From NCBI GenBank assembly GCA_963813025.1, contig CAWEXO010000009.1, forward strand, positions 64,001 to 128,000: DNA of 64,000 bases. Reading direction: 5' to 3'. Below the pieces are notes generated by a model. It was not told where the DNA came from and ran no database searches. It saw only the letters and a list, made by a program, of their open reading frames with translations. This stretch comes from an uncultured Verrucomicrobiae bacterium (GTDB taxonomy: Bacteria; Verrucomicrobiota; Verrucomicrobiia; Chthoniobacterales; JAFAMB01). Positions 1 to 9,711 of this stretch are shown in pieces (the first letter of the stretch is position 1; every line of letters begins with the position of its first letter). The translations under genes were made by a program, and so were the position numbers.

Positions 1-169
1 TCGCGTTTCTGGTTTCGCGTTTCAAGTTTCACGACTGCAATCCTTTACTCCGCTCGTGCCGCTTAGATTAGGGACGGGGCCGTCCGCGCTACGCCAGCCG
101 CTCGGCCCGCTCACACCGACCGCTCTCATTGCTTTCATCCTTTTCCTATGGTAACACGCTTGCTTCTCT

Positions 170-1483
170 ATGGCTTTCTCCTATCAGCAGACTCTGGCCA
201 AGAGCGCTAGTCTAACGGGAACCTCTCTGCACACCGGTCAGCAAGTGGTCCTGACCTTGCGCCCGGCACCGGTCGATCACGGAATCAAGTTCAAACGAAT
301 TGATCTGCCGGACGAACCACTGATCGACGCAAAGATCGAGAACCTGAAATTGGTCGAGCGCGCCACGACTATTGCCGAAGGCAACGTCAAAGTGCACACC
401 GTCGAGCATATCTTATCCGCGCTGAGCGGGATGGGAGTCGACAATGCAACCATCGAGATGGACGCGAATGAACCGCCGATCGGCGATGGCAGCGCGTGGC
501 CCTATGTGGAGTTGATCCGTCGTTGTGGCTTGGAGAATCAATCAAGTTTGCGCCGTTCTTTTGAAGTGCGCGAACCCTTACACATTGAGACCAAGACCGG
601 TTCACTGCTTACCATTGTGCCGGATGATAAATTTCGGATCTCCTGCACGCAGGTTGGACCGGGCGGACGGTACACCCAGTATCATTCGACCGAGATCACG
701 CCCGAGATCTACGAAAAGGAAATCGCCCGAGCGCGGACCTTTACCTTTTACGAGGACATAAAGCCATTGCTCGACAAAGGCTTGATCCGGGGAGGGAGTC
801 TGGAGAACGCCGTGGTCATCCGGGGTGAATCCGTCATGAGCAAAGAGCCGTTGCGTTATCCCGATGAATTCGTCCGGCACAAGATCCTCGACATTATTGG
901 GGACGTCTTTCTGGCGGGCTGCCGGTTGACTGGTCACATCATCGCCGTGAAACCTGGGCATGGCCCGAATGGCGAGCTCACGAAAGCGCTGGCCAAGCGT
1001 TATTCGCAAAGGTTAGCGATGGTGCCGCCTCAGGTGATTCCTCGCGGCTCCGACGTGATGGACACCCAAGACATCATGGCGGTGCTCCCGCATCGTTACC
1101 CATTCCTCATGGTTGATCGGGTCCTTTCCTTTGAAGGCGAGAGCAAGGTCGTCGGAATGAAGTGCGTCACGATCAATGAGCCGTTTTTTCAGGGGCATTT
1201 TCCGGGGCATCCGGTGATGCCGGGAGTGCTCCAGGTCGAAGCGATGGCGCAACTTGCCAGCATCTTGCTGAGAAAACAGAATACGATCACCAGTGGCATC
1301 GGCTACTTCATGAGCGCCGATGGAGTCAAATTCCGGAAGCCGGTTCTGCCTGGCGATACGCTGATCATTGAGGCCGAGTTGCTTCGAGCAAAGGGCAATA
1401 TCGGTAAAGCCGCGGCTCGCTGCCTGGTTAATGGTGAAGTCAGTTCAGAAGCCACCTTGATGTTTGCTTTTGTGGCGCAATGA
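170..1483 (+). CDS. lpxC/fabZ: Bifunctional UDP-3-O-acyl-GlcNAc deacetylase / 3-hydroxyacyl-ACP dehydratase (LpxC-FabZ fusion)
   Basis: LpxC motifs TVEHILSAL and RHKILDIIGD followed by FabZ motifs LPHRYPFLMVD and FFQGHFPGHPVMPGVL. Confidence 0.97.
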   Translation: MAFSYQQTLAKSASLTGTSLHTGQQVVLTLRPAPVDHGIKFKRIDLPDEPLIDAKIENLKLVERATTIAEGNVKVHTVEHILSALSGMGVDNATIEMDANEPPIGDGSAWPYVELIRRCGLENQSSLRRSFEVREPLHIETKTGSLLTIVPDDKFRISCTQVGPGGRYTQYHSTEITPEIYEKEIARARTFTFYEDIKPLLDKGLIRGGSLENAVVIRGESVMSKEPLRYPDEFVRHKILDIIGDVFLAGCRLTGHIIAVKPGHGPNGELTKALAKRYSQRLAMVPPQVIPRGSDVMDTQDIMAVLPHRYPFLMVDRVLSFEGESKVVGMKCVTINEPFFQGHFPGHPVMPGVLQVEAMAQLASILLRKQNTITSGIGYFMSADGVKFRKPVLPGDTLIIEAELLRAKGNIGKAAARCLVNGEVSSEATLMFAFVAQ

Positions 1484-2250
1484 GCATCCACCCCAGCGCG
1501 ATCGTGGATCCGGCGGCCAACCTGGGCGAGGACGTCGTGGTCGGCCCCTATTGCGTGATTGGTCCTGAAGTTTCCCTCGGTGACGGATGCTGGCTGCAAA
1601 ACCACGTCGCGCTTTACGGCCCGACTAAAATTGGTCCGAACAACCGGTTTTACGCTTTCAGCTCGATCGGCCAACGGAGCCAGGATCTCAAGTACTCGGG
1701 CGAGCCGACTTACCTGGAGATCGGCTCGGATAACACGTTTCGAGAATTTGTTACAGTCAATCGCGCGACCAGCATTGGGGGGACGACTCGGATTGGCAAC
1801 GAAGGAAACTTTCTCGCCTACAGCCATGTAGCGCATGACTGTCAGGTCGGAGACCGGGTTGTCTTTTCCAATAACGGTACGCTCGCCGGACATGTGATAG
1901 TCGGCGAGTACGCTGTGCTTGGCGGTCTGACGGCGGTCCATCAATTCTGCCGTATCGGCAAACACTCAATCACGGGCGGCTGTTCGAAAATCGTCCAGGA
2001 TGTGCCGCCATTCATGATTGCCGATGGCAATCCCGCGGTAATTCGCGGCATCAACCTGGTAGGTCTGGAGCGGCGCGGCTACAATCCTGAGAGCATGCGG
2101 ATTTTGAAAGAGAGTTATCGTATCCTCTATCGCTCCAATCTGAATACCAAACAGGCGATTGAAGAGTTGCGGCATAGTTTTCCGAACTCGACGGAGATTA
2201 GCGCGTTGGTTGAGTTTCTGGAGACGACTGATCGCGGGATCGTGCGGTGA
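1480..2250 (+). CDS. lpxA: UDP-N-acetylglucosamine O-acyltransferase
   Basis: Hexapeptide repeats, QDLKY, HVAHDC, VHQFCRIG; ATGA overlap with lpxC/fabZ. Confidence 0.97.
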   Translation: MSIHPSAIVDPAANLGEDVVVGPYCVIGPEVSLGDGCWLQNHVALYGPTKIGPNNRFYAFSSIGQRSQDLKYSGEPTYLEIGSDNTFREFVTVNRATSIGGTTRIGNEGNFLAYSHVAHDCQVGDRVVFSNNGTLAGHVIVGEYAVLGGLTAVHQFCRIGKHSITGGCSKIVQDVPPFMIADGNPAVIRGINLVGLERRGYNPESMRILKESYRILYRSNLNTKQAIEELRHSFPNSTEISALVEFLETTDRGIVR

Positions 2251-2311
2251 CAGTGGATGCTGAGCCGCGAAGAGAGCAAAGGCAGTTCTCTAGTTCGCAG
2301 CGCACTCCAAA

Positions 2312-2974
2312 CTAGTTCGGCTTGCCCGGACGAGATTTGACGATCGTATCGGCCGGAAGCACGCCGCCAAAGTTAAGCTGCGGATAAACCAAACTGTTGC
2401 GGCCCACAATGGTTCCCGGATTGAGAACAGTGTGGCATCCGATCTCTGACTTGTCGCCAATGATCGCCCCGAACTTGCGAAGCCCAGTCTGGATTTGTTG
2501 ATCGTTCACCCGAACTACAATTTCTTTTCGATCAAGGCGGATGTTGGACAGGATAACGCCGGCGCCGAGATGACTTTTAAAGCCGAGGATCGAGTCACCG
2601 ACATAATTAAAATGCGGAATCTGCGCGCCATTGAAGATAAGGCAATTTTTGAACTCGCAGGAATTCCCAAGAACAACGCCATCTCCCACGATGACATTTT
2701 CCCGGATGTAACAACCACTGCGGATCTGACAATCGTTGCCAATCCAGGCGGGCCCGAGCAGGGTCGCGCCATTTTCAACGGTGGTACCATGGCCAACGTA
2801 TATCGCCGAACTGATATGAGGGCGCCCAATAATGCGCCCATGAACGGCCGGCTTGAGCCGGAATTGCAGGTAACTGGCAATTTGTTTGAGCGCGTCCCAA
2901 ACCTGGGGGCTGTTGTCGAGTAAAGTCCGGTGTTCGGTCTGAGTGAGGTCGAAGTAGTCGGTCGGGGTAAACAT
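2312..2974 (-). CDS. GlmU-C-like left-handed beta-helix acetyltransferase
   Basis: Hexapeptide repeats, PHFNYVGDSILG, KFGAIIGD; ATG at 2974 chosen as start. Confidence 0.85.
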   Translation of the reverse strand: MFTPTDYFDLTQTEHRTLLDNSPQVWDALKQIASYLQFRLKPAVHGRIIGRPHISSAIYVGHGTTVENGATLLGPAWIGNDCQIRSGCYIRENVIVGDGVVLGNSCEFKNCLIFNGAQIPHFNYVGDSILGFKSHLGAGVILSNIRLDRKEIVVRVNDQQIQTGLRKFGAIIGDKSEIGCHTVLNPGTIVGRNSLVYPQLNFGGVLPADTIVKSRPGKPN

Positions 2975-3015
2975 TTTGCGGAGGAGAGCATACAGAGTGG
3001 AGCAGGTGAACAGCA

Positions 3016-3061
3016 AGTGTCAGTGCTGCTAGTGCCAGTGTCAGTGCTAGTGCCAGTGTCA
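3016..3061. repeat. Hexamer tandem array (CAGTGT/CAGTGC/TAGTGC)
   Basis: About 7 units of YAGTGY read directly. Confidence 0.9.
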
Positions 3062-3090
3062 ACAACGTTTAAATGGCCCTGTGCCGGTAG

Positions 3091-3400
3091 ATACGGTCTT
3101 GGATGTCAAGGGCATTGGTTTAAGGAATGGCGGGCCAGGTTAGGGTTGTAGGGTTGTTGGTGAGAGAGAACACCGAAGGCGATGTGCAGGAGTTTTCGCA
3201 TGACGGCACCGCGGATAGCCAGGGAGTGGAGCTTGCGCGACTCGAGACCTGCGGCCCATTGCTGGATGGGTTTGCACCAGCGGCGAGCAACGGCGGCCGG
3301 CAAATAGAGTGCTTTGCGCAGGAAAGCGTTGCCGATTTTGCACAGGGTGGTTTTGCCGTAGAGCGAGACACCGGAACGGAATTCAGAAGGAGTCAGCCCA
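3091..3400 (-). mobile_element. IS110-family remnant (C-terminal transposase fragment plus right end), cut by IS3
   Basis: GLTPSEFRSG..GNAFLRKALYLPA..AVMRKLLHIAFGVL; stop at 3106; end TTGACATCCAAGACCGTAT-CT. Confidence 0.85.
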
Positions 3401-3443
3401 TGTACTTGCCCCGAAAAAACGGACTCGAAATATGATCGGTTGG

Positions 3444-4481
3444 TTAGCTTAGTTTCTCGTGGGTTGCAAGGCAGAAGGCTGCACTTCGGGCAAGGTCGCA
3501 ATCCGGCATAAACGGCAGCCTTCCCGCGCTTTCGCGCGGGCCCCTGCCATTTATTCCGTTTGCTCGTTTGCCCTTCGTTTCACCTTCTGCGGAAGGGGTA
3601 GCCATCACTTTTTCCTTCGAAAAAGTTGTTCTCTGTTTCTGTTGGTAAGCCGCTTCGTATTGGCGGGGCGTTTGATATCCTAACGCGCTGTGGAGACGTT
3701 TGTTGTTGTAGTAGACCTCGATGTATTCGAAGATGGTACTCCGGGCTTGAGCCTTGGAAGCGAAGCAGTTGGTCACCGGAAAACATTCGGTTTTTAACGT
3801 ACTGAAAAAGGCTTCCATCTTGGCGTTGTCATAGCAATTGCCGGCGCCACTCATGCTCTGGCAGGCTTGGATGACCTCCAGCGGTTTGCGCACTGCTTGG
3901 CTGGTATACTGACAGCCCCGATCGGTGTGAAAATATAGCCCCGGTGGTGGTTGGCGCAGCACCAGGGCGTTGTGGAGCGCTCTGACCACCAGACTGGCCT
4001 CCAGGCTCTCGGCCAGCTTCCAGCCCACCACCCGGCGACTAAAGAGGTCCAGAATAATCGCCAGATAAAGCCAGCCTTCGGCCGTCGCGACATAGGTGAT
4101 ATCACTCAGCCAAATCTGATCTGGCCCCTCGGAGACAAGCTCCGCAATCCGATTGGGTTCGGCCTCTTGGCCAGCCACGGTTGTCCGGGGACGAAAAGCA
4201 CGTTTTTTCCGAGCCATCAGCTTCTGCTCCCGCATGAGCCGAGCGACCCGATTCTTCCCCACTCGCCGGCCGGCAGCGCGCAAAGCCAAGGTGACTCGTG
4301 GACTGCCGTAACGTTGCTCATTTTGCGCGAAGATTTCCTGAATCTCGCTGAGCAATTGAGCTTCTGCTCGGGCGCGCTGGGTGACTTCCCCTTTTTTCCA
4401 CTGGTAATACCCGCTGCGCGATACCCCAAGAGCGGCGCAACTTTCCTTGAGGCCATACTGAACCGAGAGCCCTTCAATCAT
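3444..4481 (-). CDS. IS3 OrfB DDE transposase
   Basis: YGSPRV, WLSDITYV, HTDRGCQY, GNCYDNAKMEAFFSTLKTE. Confidence 0.95.
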   Translation of the reverse strand: MIEGLSVQYGLKESCAALGVSRSGYYQWKKGEVTQRARAEAQLLSEIQEIFAQNEQRYGSPRVTLALRAAGRRVGKNRVARLMREQKLMARKKRAFRPRTTVAGQEAEPNRIAELVSEGPDQIWLSDITYVATAEGWLYLAIILDLFSRRVVGWKLAESLEASLVVRALHNALVLRQPPPGLYFHTDRGCQYTSQAVRKPLEVIQACQSMSGAGNCYDNAKMEAFFSTLKTECFPVTNCFASKAQARSTIFEYIEVYYNNKRLHSALGYQTPRQYEAAYQQKQRTTFSKEKVMATPSAEGETKGKRANGINGRGPRESAGRLPFMPDCDLARSAAFCLATHEKLS

Positions 4482-4810
4482 CGCATACCGGGATTCGGTT
4501 CTTCCCCCAGGATGCTCATCGCTTTTTTTAAGATTTCCCGTTGGCGTTTGAGATACTCAATCTCTTTGTGCTGCTGCCGAATCAGCTCCGCCATTTCTTC
4601 AGGACTTTTCATCTCCCCGTTGATCTCGGCGGGCACTTGCTGGCCCAGATACGCCTTTTTCCAGAGGTTTAAACTGTACGCGCTGACGTCCAGCTCCCGG
4701 GCCACTCGCCGCTGTGTTTTGCCGCTGTGGATGATCAGTTCCACCGCTTGGCGTTTGAATTCTTCCCCGTATCGACGGGCCATTTTACTCTTCTTCACGG
4801 TCTCGTTCAT
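4478..4810 (-). CDS. IS3 OrfA HTH protein
   Basis: RRYGEEFKRQAV..VARELDVS..LKRQREILKKA; A7 slippery run near 4523-4529. Confidence 0.92.
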   Translation of the reverse strand: MNETVKKSKMARRYGEEFKRQAVELIIHSGKTQRRVARELDVSAYSLNLWKKAYLGQQVPAEINGEMKSPEEMAELIRQQHKEIEYLKRQREILKKAMSILGEEPNPGMR

Positions 4811-5348
4811 TTTACTTTGAGTTCCCGTGTCCGCCAATTCGGGGGAGGTTCAGACAGGAATTCGCGTTGAATTGGTTCTTTGTTTGATGAAGCGCTTGGG
4901 CGCGCGCCTGCTGACAGAGCCTTGTGAACACGGGCTTATGTTCCAACCCTGTTTGGAACGGCCTAAGATACGGTACGGTCTTATGCAGGTGCGGCACGAG
5001 GAAGGGTGGACTAATCTACCGGACAGGTTCTACCGACCTTTGGGCGAGGCAGTTTTCCACCCTCCTCGGCCAAGTTCTTCACTTCCAGAGTTCCGCCCTT
5101 GCGGGCGGCTTTAAAAGGGAAAAAAATTTGGTGGGGCAAGGTACAAGGGCGAAAATTTATTTGAGCCGGATGCTGGAGTTGCCACCTCTAACGCCCGGCT
5201 CAAACAAGTTCTCGCCTGGCGCTCGTCCGCCAAGGCGGATCGCCCTACCGGCACAGGGCAAAGGAAGTGCGTCCACCCCTGAACCCGCGCGCCTCAAAAA
5301 AAGTAGTCGAAGCTCTAAGTCGCTCGACGCGCCGCCTGCCTCGGCGGC

Positions 5349-5366
5349 CACTAGCACTAGCACTAG
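5349..5366. repeat. (CACTAG)x3 array, continued by CACTGA x2 at 6493-6504 beyond IS630
   Basis: Read directly. Confidence 0.9.
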
Positions 5367-6491
5367 TGCCTAATTGCGTAAGTTAGTTATATGTATGGCG
5401 ACTTTCCCCTGATGTACCTGGGATTTGGTCCATTCGAAGGGAGCCGCATTGTTATTGTAGTTCTTGATGAAGGTGTCGATGGCGTTGCGCAGCTCTGCCA
5501 CGCTGGTGAAGTTTGCCCCCTGGAGGGCTTGGCGGCTCAAGATACTAAACCAGATCTCAATCTGGTTGAGCCAAGAAGCGTGGGTTGGAGTGAAATGAAA
5601 ATGCACATTGGGGTGAGCCTTCAACCAGCGATCTTGCTTTGGCTTATGGGTCGCAAGGTTGTCTAAGACCACATGAATTTCTTTGTCGAGATTTCCGGCA
5701 ACTACCTGGTTCATAAACTCCAGGAATTCCCGTCGGCGCTGGCGCCGGTAATGACCAGCCTGCACTTGGCCGCTGGCAATGTTGAGGGCGGCAAAGAGAG
5801 TGGAGGTGCCATGGCGCTTGTACTCGTGGCTAAAACCCGTCAGCGCCCTGCCATTGGGCAAGCGAATCCAACCTTGGGCTCTTTCCAGGGCTTGAATGGC
5901 TGGTTTTTCATCAATGGCCAAGATGAGCGCATTCTGGGGCGGATTGAGATAAAGACCGACAATGTCAGCGGCCTTGCGCACAAACTCCGGATCGGTGGAA
6001 ATGCACCAGCTGCGGCGCCGTTCCAATTCAATGCCTTGTTGGCGCAAAATGCGCCAGACTTGATCGGAGGAAACATCGGCCAGACTCTGCGCCAGCAGTC
6101 GCCCATTCCAGCGCCCGTAGCCCGCCGGTGGATCTTCATCCAGCAGCGCCAAGACCCGCTTGACCGTCATTTGATCATACTTGGCCGGCTTTCCACTGCG
6201 TGGCGCGTCTTCCAAGCCAGCCAGGCCTTGGCGCACAAAGCGCCGCCGCCATTTACTCACCGTCACCTCGGGAATGCGCAGGCTCTTGGCAATCGCACGT
6301 CCACTCAAGCCCGCTGCCGCCTTCAAGATAATCTGACTCCTGACCTTGAGCCGGTGTTCGACCCGTTGCGCTCGACTCCAACCCTCCAAGAGCTTGCGGT
6401 TTTCCACAGAAAGTTTGATGCGACCCGTTGCCATCCATCCAACAAATCATAATTTTTCATAAATATAAAGAACTAAAGCAACTAAGTACTA
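5364..6491 (-). mobile_element. IS630-family insertion sequence in a CTAG site
   Basis: 34-bp imperfect TIRs (26/34) TAGTGCCTAATTGCG.. and TAGTACTTAGTTGCT..; CTAG at 5363-5366 and 6489-6492. Confidence 0.93.
5370..6434 (-). CDS. IS630 transposase
   Basis: HTH, DEKPAIQAL, EYKRHGT, VLDNLATHK, SWLNQIEIWFS. Confidence 0.96.
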   Translation of the reverse strand: MATGRIKLSVENRKLLEGWSRAQRVEHRLKVRSQIILKAAAGLSGRAIAKSLRIPEVTVSKWRRRFVRQGLAGLEDAPRSGKPAKYDQMTVKRVLALLDEDPPAGYGRWNGRLLAQSLADVSSDQVWRILRQQGIELERRRSWCISTDPEFVRKAADIVGLYLNPPQNALILAIDEKPAIQALERAQGWIRLPNGRALTGFSHEYKRHGTSTLFAALNIASGQVQAGHYRRQRRREFLEFMNQVVAGNLDKEIHVVLDNLATHKPKQDRWLKAHPNVHFHFTPTHASWLNQIEIWFSILSRQALQGANFTSVAELRNAIDTFIKNYNNNAAPFEWTKSQVHQGKVAIHITNLRN

Positions 6492-6509
6492 GCACTGACA
6501 CTGACCTCC

Positions 6510-7913
6510 CTACATCCGACGTGTCAGCTTGGGCCCTTCCTTCGTGTCTTTCACATTCCAACCAAGATCCTCGATTTGTTGACGGAGCTGGTCGCTCGTT
6601 TTCCAATTCTTGTCGGCGCGGGCAGTCTCCCGCTGTTGCACCAGGAGTTGTACGGCCTGCGGTGTTGCCGATGTTTCCTCTTGCAGTTGCAGAACAGCGT
6701 TGATCCGATTCCACCAGTCAAGAAGCGCAGCCGCCTGGGAAGGAGTAAGCTGTGCATGATCCATCTCTCGGTTAGTCGCCCGGATCTGATTGAACACTTC
6801 GGCCAAGGCAGCTGAAATATTCAGGTCTTCGTCCAGCGCAGCAAAAAAAGCATCGGATTCGGCCGGCAAATACCCTCGATCAGGAATTGCCGAGCCGGCT
6901 ACTTCGCGCAAGCGCTGAAGCCACTCGTCGATCCGTTGCAGGGTCTGCCGCGACTCGACCAACCCGTCAAAAGTAAAATTAAGCGGCAGACGATAGTTTA
7001 CGCGGATGAGAGCGTACCGAACTTCCCGGCCATTGAATCCGCGCGCCAGAACATCGCGGAGAGTATAAAAATTTCCGAGTGATTTAGACATCTTTTGGCC
7101 GTCCACTACCAGATGAGCACTGTGCAGCCAATAGGAAACGAACCGCTCTTGCGTGCAAGATTCAGTCTGGGCAATCTCTGCTTCGTGGTGGGGGAAGATA
7201 TTATCGACGCCGCCACAATGAATATCGAGGTGCGGACCGAGCAGCCGGGTAGCCATCGCGCTGCACTCAATATGCCAACCGGGACGACCGCGACCCCACG
7301 GACTGTCCCAGCCCACGTTGCCATCTTCTTCGTCCCACGCTTTCCACAACGCAAAATCCCCAATCTGTTCTTTCTCGTATTCGTCGCTGCGAATCCGTCC
7401 CGAAGGGCGAAGCTCATCGAGGTTCAAGTGCGCGAGGCGCCCATAGGCGGGAAATCGGTTTATCCGGAAATAAACTGAACCGTCGTCGGCCTGATAGGCG
7501 ATATCCTGCTGTACCAGTTCTTCGATCATGGCGATCATCCGCGCGATGTTTTCGGGATCGGTCGCCGCTGGGAAATGATTCGCGGATTTGATTCGTAAAG
7601 TGTGGCAATCCTCAAAGAACGCCTGTTTGAAAGAGGCCGTAAATTGTTCCAGAGGGATTCCCGCGACGCGGCTGTTCCGGATGGTCTTGTCCTCTACATC
7701 TGTGAGATTCATGACGCGTTCGACCGCAAAGCCGCGGCTTTCCAGATGTCGCTGGAGAAGGTCCTCAAAAATATAGGTCCGGAAATTACCGATATGAGCA
7801 AACGAGTAGACGGTCGGCCCGCAGGTGTAGATTTTCACCTGGCGGCCGGCGGGATCGAGAGGCCGGAAAGCTTCGATCTGGCGCGAGTAAGTATTATGAA
7901 ATCGAATCGGCAT
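6510..7913 (-). CDS. cysS: Cysteine--tRNA ligase
   Basis: CGPTVY, HIGN, GRPGWHIECSAM, KMSKS. Confidence 0.98.
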   Translation of the reverse strand: MPIRFHNTYSRQIEAFRPLDPAGRQVKIYTCGPTVYSFAHIGNFRTYIFEDLLQRHLESRGFAVERVMNLTDVEDKTIRNSRVAGIPLEQFTASFKQAFFEDCHTLRIKSANHFPAATDPENIARMIAMIEELVQQDIAYQADDGSVYFRINRFPAYGRLAHLNLDELRPSGRIRSDEYEKEQIGDFALWKAWDEEDGNVGWDSPWGRGRPGWHIECSAMATRLLGPHLDIHCGGVDNIFPHHEAEIAQTESCTQERFVSYWLHSAHLVVDGQKMSKSLGNFYTLRDVLARGFNGREVRYALIRVNYRLPLNFTFDGLVESRQTLQRIDEWLQRLREVAGSAIPDRGYLPAESDAFFAALDEDLNISAALAEVFNQIRATNREMDHAQLTPSQAAALLDWWNRINAVLQLQEETSATPQAVQLLVQQRETARADKNWKTSDQLRQQIEDLGWNVKDTKEGPKLTRRM

Positions 7914-7983
7914 GCGTGAACGGCGGCTAATACTTAAGCACAGAAGCGAACCGGCGAGCGATGAGGATCAACAAGACGAGAAG

Positions 7984-8013
7984 CGTGAAACGCGAAACGC
8001 GGAACGTGAAACG
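7984..8013. repeat. Heptamer array CG(T/C)GAAA
   Basis: 4 units; same family at 2-33, 11354-11388, 25117-25189 and 25321-25366. Confidence 0.85.
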
Positions 8014-8019
8014 CCTCTT

Positions 8020-8535
8020 TCACACCAAAGTTGTGGGTGATTCTGGCGGAAAGGTCGGATCAACCGATTCGAGACTTACGACCGCCATCGCGGCGATGCC
8101 TTCTTTGCGCCCGATGAAACCAAGGCCTTCGTTCGTTGTCGCCTTGAGTCCAATCCGGCGGGGCGAGATCTGCAGCGTTTGCGCCAATCGTTCCCGCATG
8201 CGAGCAAGATAGGGACTGAGCTTGGGTTCCTCGGCAATCACTGACGAATCGATATTGACGATGGCCAGGCGCTTCGAGGTAAGGATGGCCTGGACTCTTT
8301 GTAAGATATCCTGACTATCCATTCCTTTGTGTCGCGGATCGGTGTTCGGAAAATGGTGACCGATATCGCGTTCACCGGCGGCTCCCAGCAGCGCATCGGC
8401 AATGGCATGACTAAGAACGTCGGCGTCAGAATGTCCATCGAGCCCCTGCACATGGGGAATATCGATTCCTCCGAGGATCAGTTTCCGTCCGGCGACCAGC
8501 CGATGAACATCGTATCCGATTCCGCATAAATTCAT
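8020..8535 (-). CDS. ispF: 2-C-methyl-D-erythritol 2,4-cyclodiphosphate synthase
   Basis: GYDVH, GHSDADV, DIGHHFP, KATTNEGLG. Confidence 0.97.
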   Translation of the reverse strand: MNLCGIGYDVHRLVAGRKLILGGIDIPHVQGLDGHSDADVLSHAIADALLGAAGERDIGHHFPNTDPRHKGMDSQDILQRVQAILTSKRLAIVNIDSSVIAEEPKLSPYLARMRERLAQTLQISPRRIGLKATTNEGLGFIGRKEGIAAMAVVSLESVDPTFPPESPTTLV

Positions 8536-8549
8536 TGTTCGTTCACCAT

Positions 8550-9308
8550 TCAATACTCGGCCGGAAGATCCAGAGAGATCTTTCCATTGGTAGCGATCAC
8601 CGCGAGTTTGTCCGCCCCCAGTTGACTGGTCCGAACCAAAACGCGACCGCCTGCTTGTTCCACCAGCAGCTTACCGGCAGCAATGTCCCACCAATTCACG
8701 CTTCGCTCGATATAGGCATCGAAACGTCCAGCCGCGACGTAAGCCAGATCGAGGGCGGCGCTCCCCATCATGCGACATTTCCTGGTGCGCCGAACCATGC
8801 TCTGGAAAACATCAATGGCCGCCTCGATGCCCACGCTGCTTTTAGCGAAGCCAATGGAAACGACAGATTCCGCGAGCTCAATGTGATCGCTCACCCGCAC
8901 CGGTGCTCCATTCAGGGTGGTTGGGCCCTCGGCGGTGACCTGCCAGAGTTCGCGGCGGATCGGATCGCAAATCACGCCCACCAGGATCTGTTCCGATCGC
9001 CGCAAAGCGATCGAAATGCAGAAATGAGGGATCCCGTAAAAATAATTCACGGTTCCATCAATCGGATCGACAACCCATTCGAACTCGCGGGACGATGAGT
9101 TGGACGAGCCTTCCTCGCCGAGGATGGCGTGGTCGGGAAACTCACTCAGAAGCAACTTGGTGATCAGTTCCTGCGAGCGGACATCCAGCTCCAGTTTGAT
9201 ATCATGCGCTTCGGCCGCATCGACTTTTAGTGGTTTTCCGAAGCTTGTCCGCAGCAGTTCACCCGCTTCCAGAGCGGCTCGAGTGGCTGCCTCGAGTTCT
9301 CTGGTCAT
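8550..9308 (-). CDS. suhB: Inositol monophosphatase family protein
   Basis: GEEG, WVVDPIDGTVNY, GSAALDLAYVAAGR, WDIAAG. Confidence 0.9.
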   Translation of the reverse strand: MTRELEAATRAALEAGELLRTSFGKPLKVDAAEAHDIKLELDVRSQELITKLLLSEFPDHAILGEEGSSNSSSREFEWVVDPIDGTVNYFYGIPHFCISIALRRSEQILVGVICDPIRRELWQVTAEGPTTLNGAPVRVSDHIELAESVVSIGFAKSSVGIEAAIDVFQSMVRRTRKCRMMGSAALDLAYVAAGRFDAYIERSVNWWDIAAGKLLVEQAGGRVLVRTSQLGADKLAVIATNGKISLDLPAEY

Positions 9309-9580
9309 AAGAGACAGCCGCCTTTTTGGCGCACGCATTGTCGCGCAATCTGCGGCAATTGGATTTGGTTCAGCTCAATCATGTACAGGCGAGCCTTGCT
9401 TGAGAATGGCGCTTCGACAACCGGAAAAAAGCCGAGCAACCACTCGATTCGAATTTAGCAATCACTAAAAAAGCTAACAACTGATCAATTTCTGATTGAC
9501 GGTGCAAACAATGTTAAGTAGTCAAGCGAATTGTAATGAATATTCTCTCCGCAACTGCGGAATGAAAGGGGGGATCACTA

Positions 9581-9691
9581 ATGCCTACGAAAAAAGCCCC
9601 GGCCAAAAAAGCTCCAGCTAAGTCGACTGCGAAAAAAGCTCCAGCCAAGAAGGTCGCGAAGAAGGCTCCGGCTAAGAAGGCTGCGAAATAG
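9581..9691 (+). CDS. 36-aa Lys/Ala/Pro-rich histone H1-like microprotein (not in ORF track)
   Basis: MPTKKAPAKKAPAKSTAKKAPAKKVAKKAPAKKAAK*; purine-rich RBS GAAAGGGGGG upstream; terminator downstream. Confidence 0.85.
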   Translation: MPTKKAPAKKAPAKSTAKKAPAKKVAKKAPAKKAAK

Positions 9692-9711
9692 TCTTTTTCA
9701 ATTGCTCTCGG

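Larger units (their letters stand above)
3401..4852 (-). mobile_element. IS3-family insertion sequence
   Basis: Imperfect TIRs TGTACTTGCCCCGAAAAAACGGACTC and TGAACCTCCCCCGAATTGGCGGACAC (18/26); orfA plus orfB. Confidence 0.93.

Noticed and set aside
3016..3061. CRISPR array in the short repeats
   Set aside because: Units are 6-9 bp in tandem without unique spacers; no cas genes in the window.
4853..5348. ORFs 4827..5114 and 4924..5373 as genes
   Set aside because: No recognisable motifs; they overlap IS ends and REP hairpins.
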